From NCBI GenBank assembly GCA_000388065.2, contig KB932205.1: a stretch of DNA of 61,348 nucleotides; one strand, 5' to 3'. The notes below the pieces were generated by a model. That model worked only from the letters and a program-made list of their open reading frames with translations. It was not told the origin of the DNA and did no database searches. This DNA comes from Fonticula alba ATCC 38817 (Eukaryota > Protista > Nucleariida). Shown here in pieces: positions 12,593 to 23,052 of this stretch; position 1 is the stretch's first letter; each line of letters begins with the position of its first letter. The position numbers and the translations under genes were made by a program.

Positions 12593-15500
12593 TTAGGCCC
12601 AGGCGTCGCCGGTCCAGCCCATCCGGTCGCCGATGGACCCATGCCGGCCGGCGGCCCAGATGGTCTCCTTCTCGAGCTGGGCATCGGTCGGCCGGAAAAG
12701 GCTGCACCAAGTGGCCACGATGACATCCGGCAGGAGAGAGGCCATAACCGTAACCAGGGCCATGAGCCAGACGGTGGGCGTGGAGAAGGCGGCATTTGCG
12801 GCATCGGCGAACTCCGGGAAGATGAGCTGGAAGATGAGCGAGCAAGCGAAGAACAGGACGATACTCAGCCAGAAGGACATCCACATGGGCCAGGAGTGGG
12901 CATTCACCGTCAACCCCCAGCGGACCAGGACCAGGAGAACCACCACCAGCGAAGCGACTACGGTGCTGTACCAGTACCCGGCGCTGAGACCGTAATTGGT
13001 CCCGGCCACTGCACTGGAATGAGCCACGGGCGACACGCCAAGGACTACGTCCTCGTAGAAGAAGAAGTAGAAGCAGACAGCAATGACTGTGCGCAGAAGG
13101 GGGGGGGGGGGGAGGGGGGGGACAGGTGAGCAGGAGGGCCGGGGCATATCATGGGCCGGGGAGGGAGCAAGAGCGGGAGAGTGGGAGACACAGGGGAAAG
13201 AGCCAACGCACTGCCACTGTGCAACAGGGCCGACAAGCCGTATCCGGCGATGAGCTTGAAGTTGAAGAAAATGTCCTTCTTCCACACCTCGCGGAAGAGC
13301 TCCGGCTTGGCCTCGAGCGAGGTGGCCGGGAGGTCCCGGTCAAAGGTGGCCAGGAAGAAGGGCGGCAAGCTCGTGAGGATCAGGTTGAAGAAGGTGATGA
13401 TAAGTTCCTGGTAGACGGGCTGTGGGGGGGAGATGTGCAGGATGTGTGCATGGACCGTCAGTACGGCTGTGGGGAAAAAGAGGGCGTGGCCCCCGCCCGA
13501 TCAAACTCTCCAAAGGAGATGCCCGCCCGCGGTGCCGCGGGACGACGGCCGGAGCAGCGAGCAAACATAAAGAAGAGGCAAGGAGACGAGGAAAGAGGCA
13601 AACCAGCGCGTACCTGCGATGACCAGCCATTCATGAACCCATACCAGAACTGGAAGCCAATCATGGCCATGTTCTTGTAGAAGGAGTAAACAATCAGGTG
13701 GCCCATGCGCATGTAGGACCACCGCCCGTGCACCAGGAGCAGGCGCTTGAGTGCGCGGAACTCCTTGAATGCATAGTCCGACGCCCGGACCGCCTGGGTA
13801 CCCTCGAGGCCGATGATGCCGACACCGATGTCGGCCGACTGAATCATGGACACATCGTTGGCACCGTCGCCAATGGCCAGGCACACATCGCCGGCGCGCT
13901 TGCGCACCAGCTGCACCACCTGGGCCTTCTGCAGCGGGGTCACCCGGCAGCAGATGACCGACTTGCACACCTGCCCCAAGCGGTACAGCTCATCGGGGTA
14001 GATGGCCAACGCATGGACCAGGGCCGCGCCGGTGATGACCAGACAAAAGGCGTTCTCATCGACGATGGGCTGATGGTGTGTGTGCGCGCGCGCACGCACA
14101 GACACGGGCACACGCACAGACACACGCACAGACACACGCACAGACACACGCACAGACACACGCACACACACACGAGCGGGCGGGGGAGGGAGACGGAGAG
14201 GGATGGGCAGAAAGCAAAAGAAAGGAGAGCGTCGATCGGCACAGTCAGTATCAGCATAGGGAGGAAGGGAGTGAAAAAGAGGGGGCAACACCAGGGCGAT
14301 GCCCCGTCGCCAAGAAGCAAGCGGAGGGAGGGGCAAGAGGCAACCAAACACCGAGACATACCAGCGGCTCCTCCATGGCGTTGGACAGAGACTCAAGAGC
14401 GTAGGAGCTGCTCAGGGACACGGACTCCAGGACCGCCTCGGCGGCATTACGCCGGCGCAGCAGCAGCCGGTCGCGCAGGCGCCGACGCTGCCGGTATTGC
14501 TTCTCCAGATGGGCCACACGCTTGAGGGCCGTCTGCAGCAGGGTTCCCACCACATCGGCGTCCTCCGAGGAAATGGCCAGCAAGTGCATGGTATCATCAA
14601 TGAGCCGGGTAGACTGGCCGATGGAGATGGCCGTCTCCAACTTGTCGCCCGTCAGCATCCACACCTGGACCCCGGCACGCAGGAGCTCGGCAATGGTCTC
14701 GGCGACATCCTCCTGGAGCTTGTCCTCGACGGCCGTGGCACCGAGCACATCCAGGTCCACCTCGATGGTCTCGCACACCTCCATGATGCGCTCGTCACGG
14801 TCATCGAGGCTGGTTTCGGCCGTGTGGTAGCGAGCATCGAAGTCGGCGAACTCCTCCTCGGACAGGGGGCGCTGGGCCACCAGCAACGTGCGCAGACCCA
14901 GGCGCGAGAAGTTTTCCACATCGCGCTGCAGCTGCTCCCGTGCCGTGGTGTCCTGCATCAGGGTCGACCGCTCGATGATGATGTTGTCCGCGCCCTTGGT
15001 GAAGAGCCACAGCGATTGGTCCATCGGGTCGCGCACGATCACCGACATGCGCTTACGCGTGGAATTGAACTCCAACACACGCAGGATCTGCCAGGAGACC
15101 GGCTGGCCGAAGTATGACACCGCCAGGGAGGTGGACTTGCGGCCCTGCAGAGCGATGCCATTCTCCCGCAGGGACTCCATGAGTGCCGCCTCATCGGGTG
15201 AGTCGCCCTCGTAGACGATAGCTGGTGTGGGATACGGCGAAGCGGGGGGGGGGGGGGGGGCGTGTGCGTGTGCGTGTGCATGTGCGTGTACATGTGCATG
15301 TGCATGTGCGTGTGCGTGTACGTGTCAGGATGGAGTGAAGTGAGGGGGAAGGAGGGGGGAGGAGAGGAGGACAAAAGTGGCCACGTACACTCGGACCCCT
15401 CAACTATCGACGGCAGGACGGTGTGGCAGACGGACAGGGCCCGGGCGAAGGCGTGTGACCGGGCCATCTCCTCCGGGGTGGGGAGCTCCAGCCCGGAGGG

Positions 15501-16275
15501 GTACTCCCCGCGGAGGAACCGGCCGAAGGCCCCGGGGCCGCAGATGGCCGCGGCGGTCGGGTCGGCCGCCGCCTTGCCGGTGGGGGGGAATTCATCATGC
15601 GTACGGCCGCCGAGAACATGCCAGAAGCGCAGGCGCATGATGTTCTGGGTCAGGGTGCCGGTTTTGTCGGAAAAGACGCGCGTCACCCGGCCCAGGTCCT
15701 CGTTGAGATTGGAGTTGGTGGGCCGCATGCGGATCCCGTCCACCGAGCGCATTCGGTCATCCAGGAACATGAAGCCGGCCTGGGTCAAGCGGGCCAGTTC
15801 CATGGTCACGAACAGCGAAATGGGGATCAGGTAGGTGTACAGAATGAAGAAGGACATGGCGTGGTAGCCGGTCACCACCCAGACGGACACCTCCCAGTCG
15901 AGGTAGAAGGAGTACTGACCGGTCCTGATCTGTCAGGAGGGGGAAAGCAGGAGTGGGACGGGGTGGGACGGAGTGAGAAGGCGAGCGATGTGTGGTGGGA
16001 AGAGCGGCAGGCGGGATGTGGGCGGCAGGCGGCGGCGCCCGGGCCATCAGTAACAGCAACAACGATGACGATGGCAATGACAGCAATGACAGCAATGACA
16101 GTAGCGGTAGCAGCAGCCGCCGCAGCAGCAATGCCGGGCACGCACATGGAAGAAGGCCGTCAGAATGACACTCACACCGAGGACGATGAAGTTCAACAGG
16201 AAGATGCCCAGCACAAGCATGTTGAGCCGGTGCTCCAGCGTGGAAAACTTGAGCTTGGCGTCCTCGAGGTTCCTG

Positions 16276-16318
<43 letters not shown>

Positions 16319-17691
16319 ATGGACAGGTGAGTGGGGAAGTGGGAGCCGAGATGACAGCGGTCATGGCGCGGCCGGTGCATCTGGGTGAGGGCGCCCCATG
16401 GGCTCACAGGAGACCCCACCGATGCCCATGCGAGGAGGGAAAAAGGGGCGGAAGGAACCACGCACAGCATCAGCTTGGTGTAGCTGCCGACATAGGTGAC
16501 CACACCGTAGATGGCATCCGTGTTGCGCAGGGTCGAGCCACGAAGGAGCAGCTGATCGATGCCCAGCGGGATGGAGGTGAGCTTGGGGTTGTCCATCTCC
16601 AGGACCGCCTGGTACTGGTACAGGTTGGGGTTGTTGCGCTTGCCGACGACGCTGCCGGAAAAGGCCAGGGCAGACTGGAGGCAGGGAGGAGAGGGCGGTG
16701 AGTATCGCATGGGAAGGAGGAGCGGGAGAGGGGAGGGCAGAAGCAGGGCCAAGGACCCAAGAGACCAGGAGAGGCCCTCACGCTGCGGGTGGGGGAGGGG
16801 GGGGGGGAGAGAGAGAGAGAAAAAAAGGCAATCCCAGGGGATAGAGAAGGCCCCGGTGCATGCCTGCTCCGCCTGCTCCTCCTCCGACCTCGGCACCGCA
16901 TCATGAAACATACCTCCGGCGTGAAGATGTCATGCACGGCCTTCGGCGCGGTGCGGCGTTTGAGATTGGTCTCACCGTCCAGATCGGCGGTGGAGATGTA
17001 AGCCAGGCCGTCGGGCGAGCCCTCACAAGCAAGCAGGACAACATCCGCCGGGAGCGGGTCGTCGCGGACCAGCCGGATGACATCGCCAGGGGCCAGGTAC
17101 TGACTGCGGATCACCTGGAGCTCGCCATTGCGCACGACGGACACCGGGATGGAGTTGGCGGCCTGGTCGGCGCGGTAGCGCTTGTAGTCCTCCACGGCAT
17201 CCTTGATGGCCGTCACACCGAGGACAATGGCCAGTGGCGTGAGCATGTTGGCCGGGTTGATGGGGGATGCGCCAAGCGGCAGGACACTGAGGATGGCACT
17301 GAAGAGGAAGTACAGGTTGTAGAAGCGCCGGAACTGTTGTGGGTGTGGGGCGGCGGGGGGCGGGCGATGGGAAGGGAGGCAGCAAACGTCAGGACTGACG
17401 GGCGAGGGGGGAGGGGGGGGGGGGCGGAGAAAGAAAAAAAAAGAAAACCGGCAAGAGGCCGAGCGCATGGCCCCCGGGAGGGGCGCGAGCGATCGAGCCA
17501 CACACAAACCGACGCACCTGGTTGAAGAGGTTGATCGGCAGGAAGGTCAAGAGCGTGTACTTGGTGGTGCGGATGTAGTTGGGTGACCGGCGCTTGGTGC
17601 TCGGCTGCGAGGTGCCATTGAAGCTGACAACCAGAGGGGGGTCCGTCACGGCCGGATCGGCGGCCGTGGCGGCCCGGTCATTTGAGGCCAT
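12593..17691 (-). CDS. P4-type ATPase (phospholipid flippase), 9 exons
   Basis: Exons 17691-17518, 17333-16914, 16674-16466, 16272-16146, 15928-15389, 15221-14362, 14069-13614, 13419-13212, 13086-12593. Motifs IRTTKYT, DGET, LIPISL (P4 signature), DKTGT phosphorylation site, [35 protein letters not shown]. Confidence 0.95.
14093..14172. repeat. Intronic 12-nt minisatellite (CACACGCACAGA)n in P4-ATPase intron 6
   Basis: About 5 near-perfect copies flanked by (CA)n/(GC)n. Confidence 0.85.
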
Positions 17692-20600
17692 TTGGGTGGA
17701 CGGGGAGCGAGCCTGTGCGAGGGCATAAGTCAGCCAGATGGTGAGGGAGCGAGAGGAGGAGAGATGACCGCGGCGGCAGTGCGGCACAGCGAGCGGGGGT
17801 GGGGAGGGGGGGGGATGCAAGCAACAACAGACGCACGTCGGAACGCGTGGCACGGCGATGCAGGGGGCGGGACGCCTCACAGCACGCAATCACAGGAAGT
17901 GAAGGGTGGGTGTGGGGGGGTGTCGGGTCTCCGATCCGGCGGAGGAGGCAAGTGCGCCTGGCTGGCCTGGGAGGACGTGTGTGTGTGTGTATGTGCGTGT
18001 GCGTGTGTGCGTGTGCGAGTGCGTGCGGTTGAGAGGGGGAGGAGGGGAGAGTCGCAGGGGCGATCACCTCAGGGGGAGGGGGTGGGCGGGGGGAGGTGAC
18101 TCGATGCACGGTGCCCAACGCGCTGGGCGGCCCCAGGGTGGCCTGAGAAGAGTGTGCGTTGGGGAGAGCACCCACAACACAGGGGGGGGGGGCGCGGGCA
18201 GCGACAGAGGAGGCCGAGTGGGCCGGCGGGATCTCTGTCGGGGCCGGGGGGGGGGGGCGGCGGGGCGGGGGCCAACACGGCCACCGGAAGGGGGGCGCGG
18301 GCACCAAGCAACCCGCGGGGGGCGGGCATCCTGGGACGAGGCACCCCTCTGGCCCCCCAATCCCCGGGCGCCGGCCCGGACGGGGGGCTGATCCATTGGA
18401 ACGTGGCTGGCCCCCTCCTGGGTTGCCCACTTCCCCCTCCCCCCCCCCCGGGGGGGAGGCGGGCGCGCCCGGCAAATGCTCTCTCCCTCTCTCCCTACCG
18501 GGGACTGAAACATTGTCAGCTGGGTTTGGCGCTGTTGGGCTCATGCGCCGCGGCCCAGGGCGCATGCGGGAGCGGGTTGTGCGCCGAGGCGGGCGCCAGC
18601 TATTCGTGCGCCCTCGGCCGAGGCCCCGCCGCAGGGAGACTTGGCCCAACCGCGCGGGCCCGTGGCCGGGGGGCGCCCGGTGGGTCGTCAATGGGGCGGG
18701 GGTGGCCCCGGCCAGCCCGGGGCGGCCCCCCCCCCCCCCCCGCCGCCCCCTCCCGGAGAGGAGGCCTCGCAATATGTAACGGGAAGACGACGCACGCTGT
18801 TGGTGGTACACGGACCCGACCCCCTTCTGTTCCCCCTCGCCCCCCCCCCCCCCCCCTGCCCGGCGGGGGAAGGAGTTCGCTGGCATCGCCCCGCGCGCTG
18901 TTGGCCGGTGCCGGTTCGCATGCCGGCGCCGGTGCCAGACTGCTTTTTGTGCTTCTTCCCGGTGCGGACCTTCCCGAGCGGGGCCGCGTCTCCTGGAGGG
19001 GGACAGGGGCGGCGGCGACATTTCCAGTGCGATCTGCGAAGCTGCTCGCGGGCCGACCCTCGCAAGAACGGTCACACGTCGATCACTGGCAAAAAGGGTG
19101 CTGGCACCCTTCTCGCCGATATCATGCACGCGCCCGCCTCATGAGGCGGGGCACATTCTTTGGCGAGGGCACGCACACACGCAGCCCCCCCCCCCGCCGG
19201 CCGGCCGGCCGGCCGACCGGCCCGCCCGCACGACGGTCAATCGCCTTCCCACGGCAACACGCTCCCGTGCTCGGGGGCCTCCTGCGGCTGGTGGCCCGCG
19301 GCCGCCGCAGTGGCAATCCTCCCGTGGCCATGGCTCGCGCGATCCCGGGCCGGCCGGTGTATGCACATATATCTTCGTCGGGGCCCGGACGCGGCCTGCG
19401 GGCGGGCCCCGAAAGAGGAGGGCTGGCCAGCGGGCCGACGCGGGACGCCGGCACGGCCGCGCCCGTGTGCATAAATTGCCCTGCTTGCGCTTGGCCCGGG
19501 GGCGTGTGGCCCATCGGACTGGGCCTGTCCCCACCCCTGTGCCTCCCCCCCCCCCCCCCCCCGACTTGGGCGCTCACCTCAGCAGAACGAAGCATCGAAT
19601 CAGGCAGGTTCCGCCCGGCCCGGCGGTCTTCGGCCTGTCGGGAGGGAGGGGAAGGGGGGGGGGGGGGGCGGGGGGCGTAGGTTGGCTGGCTTCTCCCCAG
19701 TCCGGGGATCTGCTCCTTTCCCGGTTCCGTTCCCCGGCGTCGGGCGGAACTATCCTTCGGCACATGCAAAAAGCCGAGAATATATATATTTAACGCAATT
19801 TATCAAAGCCCCTGGCTTGGGCCCACTGTCCTCCCCACGGCCAGCCCGAAGAGGGGAGGCCTTTTTCTGGGCGGGCGATATTCGCCTGACCAATAGCTGG
19901 CCATTGGCAGATCACAATTTTCGAGAAGACATCGCCTCCCCGTCTGGCGTGCCTCCCGGACGCGTTTGCGTGAGGATGTGCGCACGTGTGGGGGGGGGGT
20001 GCAAGCAGGCAAGCAAAGACACACACACACACATACACACACACACGCACGCACGCACGCACACACGCACACGTACACGCATACGCACATACACACGCGC
20101 AGGCCGGCCCTTGGGGGCTGGTCGTCCGTTGGAGGGTGCCGATTGGCTCCGCCGCGCCGGGCGCCTTGGCTTGCCTTTGGCGCAGTGAACTCCCGCGTTC
20201 CCCCGCCCCCCCCCCCCGGCTTTTGGCGGTGCCCACCATATGGGGGGAGGGGGGAGGGGTGCACGCTCTCGGTGTGTCTCCTCAAGTCGTTAACCTTCCG
20301 GGCCTGGCACCCCGTCCCGGGGGGCATATGGGTCCCGGCCCGACCAAGCGCGCTCCCTAGTCTTCACCCCCCCCCCGGGGGGGGGGGGGGGGCCGAGGGT
20401 AGTGCTGAGGATCGTCGGGTCTCTGCGCCTCCCGCGCCGCTTCTTCCCGAGAACCGAGCTTCCCGGCTGGGGAGAGAGAAGCCTGTGCGGTCTGTTCCCT
20501 GAGGACGGGGATCATTTGTTGGGTGGCAACAGGGGGGAAGGGGGGGGGGGGGGCGAAGAGGTGCAGGGGCATGGACACATCTCCCTGGTGGATGATGTGG

Positions 20601-20759
20601 GGCGCCCGTTCGCTTGCCCTCCCCGCAAGAGGGGCAGCGGGCGGGGGTGCCCTGGCTGCCGCGGGCAGGATTACCGCAGGGCGTAGGGCGCCGGAGGGTG
20701 ATCTCGTGCACATGGATAACGATAATGCCATTTCGGCAGTCACATGGTGATATCATGTA

Positions 20760-20768
20760 CTATAAAAG
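20760..20768 (+). promoter_or_regulatory. TATA-like element about 40 nt upstream of tRNA-Ala
   Basis: CTATAAAAG at 20760-20768 in otherwise GC-rich DNA; function inferred from position only. Confidence 0.4.
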
Positions 20769-20800
20769 CCAAGCTCTCTCCAGCACTTTTCATCCAAGCC

Positions 20801-20873
20801 GGGGGCGTAGCTCAAATGGTAGAGCGGCCGCTTAGCATGCGGCAGGCAGGGGGATCGATACCCTCCGCCTCCA
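20801..20873 (+). tRNA. tRNA-Ala(AGC): tRNA-Ala (anticodon AGC), intronless
   Basis: Acceptor stem GGGGGCG/CGCCTCC with the G3:U70 alanine identity pair and discriminator A; D arm GCTC-AAATGGTA-GAGC; anticodon arm GCCGC-TTAGCAT-GCGGC; T arm GGGGG-ATCGATA-CCCTC. Confidence 0.97.
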
Positions 20874-20879
20874 GTTTCC

Positions 20880-20885
20880 CTTTTT
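20880..20885 (+). terminator. Pol III oligo-T terminator of tRNA-Ala
   Basis: T-run (TTTTT) about 8 nt after the discriminator base. Confidence 0.75.
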
Positions 20886-21168
20886 AAAGGGCCTTCACCT
20901 TTTTCCTCCAGGAGTCCAGATTTTCGGGAGAAAGACAGCGGAGACGCGTCCAGATACCTGCCTTTTTGTGGCATCCGCTGCGCCCCATCATCTCTGGCCC
21001 TGCCCCGCGTCTCGGGAGCGGGGGATGTGTTGGCACAAAAACAGGAAAAGGGGAGGAAACAAAAAAAGGAGGCAGGTCCCGCAGGACTGGCATGTGTCGA
21101 GATTGTGCATTGGTCTTGCCGTGGCCCCCCCCCCCCCCCCTCCGGGGAGGGACACACGTGCACGGCAT

Positions 21169-23018
21169 TCACTCGAAGAGGCAGGCACAGGCACAGCCGG
21201 CCACCGGGCAAAGGCGCCGCACGGGGGTCAGGGCGTTGCTCCCGGCCCTGCCGGGGTGCTGTGTTTGGAAGAACCACCGGACCATGTGCGCGCGGTGGCC
21301 GCCATGCCCACAGGCCAGACACACAACGACCAGCGACCCGCGCACGGGTGTCCGGCAGACCGAGCAACAAAGTGCTTGGCGGCGTGAAGGGCAAGGAGCC
21401 GCAATGTCCGCCGGGGTATGTGCCAGTGGGGGCGAAATGCCGGCGGTCGCGTCGGCCGGCACCGCCGAAGTCTCGGTCGTGGCACCTGGCAGCGGCAGCC
21501 ACGGTCCCCGGGGCCAACCGGCACTGCTGGCGCCCATGTGCGAGTCAGTGCTGCTCAGCAGGTCGGGCCCATCATCCGAGACGTCGCCCCAGACACCGGG
21601 CGGGGGCGAGGATGACGGCGACGGCGACTCGGCAAAGGGTGGCGGCGGCGGCGGCGGCGGCGGCGGGGGCGTTGGTGGCAGCGGTGGTGGCGGCGGTGGA
21701 GACGACGGGGAGGAGGGAAGCCGGGGCGGTGGCAGAGGAGGCGGCGGCGGCGGAGGCGGCGGGGGCGGCGGCGGCGGTGGCCCGGACAGCAGCCGCGCTG
21801 CGGCAGTGGCCTGGCTCGCGGCCCCGGCCCCTGGAAGGTGCCGACCAGAAAGCCCCCGGGTCGGGCCGTCGGCCGGGGCCAGCAAGCAGGCCGCCAGGTG
21901 AGACTGGACAAAGTAGCTGGACAGGATGCTCAGCAGGTGCAGGGCCGACAGGGTGGCCGGGACAAAGGCCGCCTCGCCGGGAGGCTCGGCCACAGGCACC
22001 ATGTCGCCGGTTTGCGGCGCGGCCCGCAGGAGGACTGGATCGCGGGGCGGCGCAGGAGAGGAAGGAGGAGGAGGAGGAGGAGGGGGAGGGAGAGAGGGGA
22101 AGGGCTGTCAGCCATGTGGAGCATGTACCAGGGACGAGGAGAGAGTAGAAGGGGGGGGGGGCCTTCCGGCCGGAGGAGACGCACAGAGCCTTGCAGGGGG
22201 CAGGTCCGCGTCATTGCCCCACCAACACCAACCATCCGACCGGAGGAGGTCCTCCTCGCGGACGGGGGTCAATGGCGATGAGGGCGCCACGGCCGGGGTG
22301 ACCGGCGCTGTGGAGGCTGTCCGAGAGGCTGGGACTCGCGCCGACCGGGGGCCCTCGCCCATGTCGAAGGGGCTCTCGGTCGGCATGCCGGTGCCAGGGT
22401 CGGCACTGGTGGCCCGCAGCGAGTGCAGCACGGCCGCCCGCGGGCCGAGCGCATGCCAAGCCGCCAGGATGTCCGAGTACCGGGCCTTGGCGCGGTTGAG
22501 GACCGGGGCCAGGTCCGGCGGCACCCAGCTATGGTACCGACAGCGTTGGGCTCCGAGCAGGCGGTAGGGGACCCGGTCGCTCATCGGTTGGAAGGGCTCG
22601 AAGCCGGCGTTGTCATCGATGTCGAAGGACTGCAAGCAAGGTACGCATACCCAGTCAGAGGCCAAGCCATCACGGCAGGCGGATGGGTGGGTGGGTGGGC
22701 GGGCAAGGGGAAGGAGCGAGGAGGGGGGGGGGGGCGGGAACCGGGTCGCCAGCGTGGGGCCCCAGTGGCCGGGGCATATGCGGCCACGAGGCAGCAAAGG
22801 TTGCCGCTGGTCGTACCGTGTCCAAGAGAGAGGGGCTCGGAGCGGCCGAGGACGCTGGAGCTGGCGGGTCGGGAGCCGCGGTGGCCGGGCCCGAGGCCGG
22901 GGCCGGTGCCTTCGAGTCATTTGCCGGTGTCGAAGTCGGCACCGGCGCACCGGCTCCCATGGACGGGAGGAGGAGCCGGGCGGCGCCGGTCACGACGCCA
23001 GCCACGAAACCGCCGCCT

Positions 23019-23052
<34 letters not shown>

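Noticed and set aside
19760-19945. U2-like TTCTCGGCTTTTTG (minus strand) and U5-like GCCTTTTTC plus Sm-like AATTTTCG (plus strand)
   Set aside because: No GTAGTA branch-recognition motif for U2; the U5 loop differs from GCCTTTTAC and lacks a flanking stem.
17700-20750. Protein-coding gene or transposon in the 3-kb intergenic stretch
   Set aside because: Only low-complexity ORFs broken by poly-G/C and (CA)n; no transposase/RT motifs, terminal repeats or consistent exon chain.
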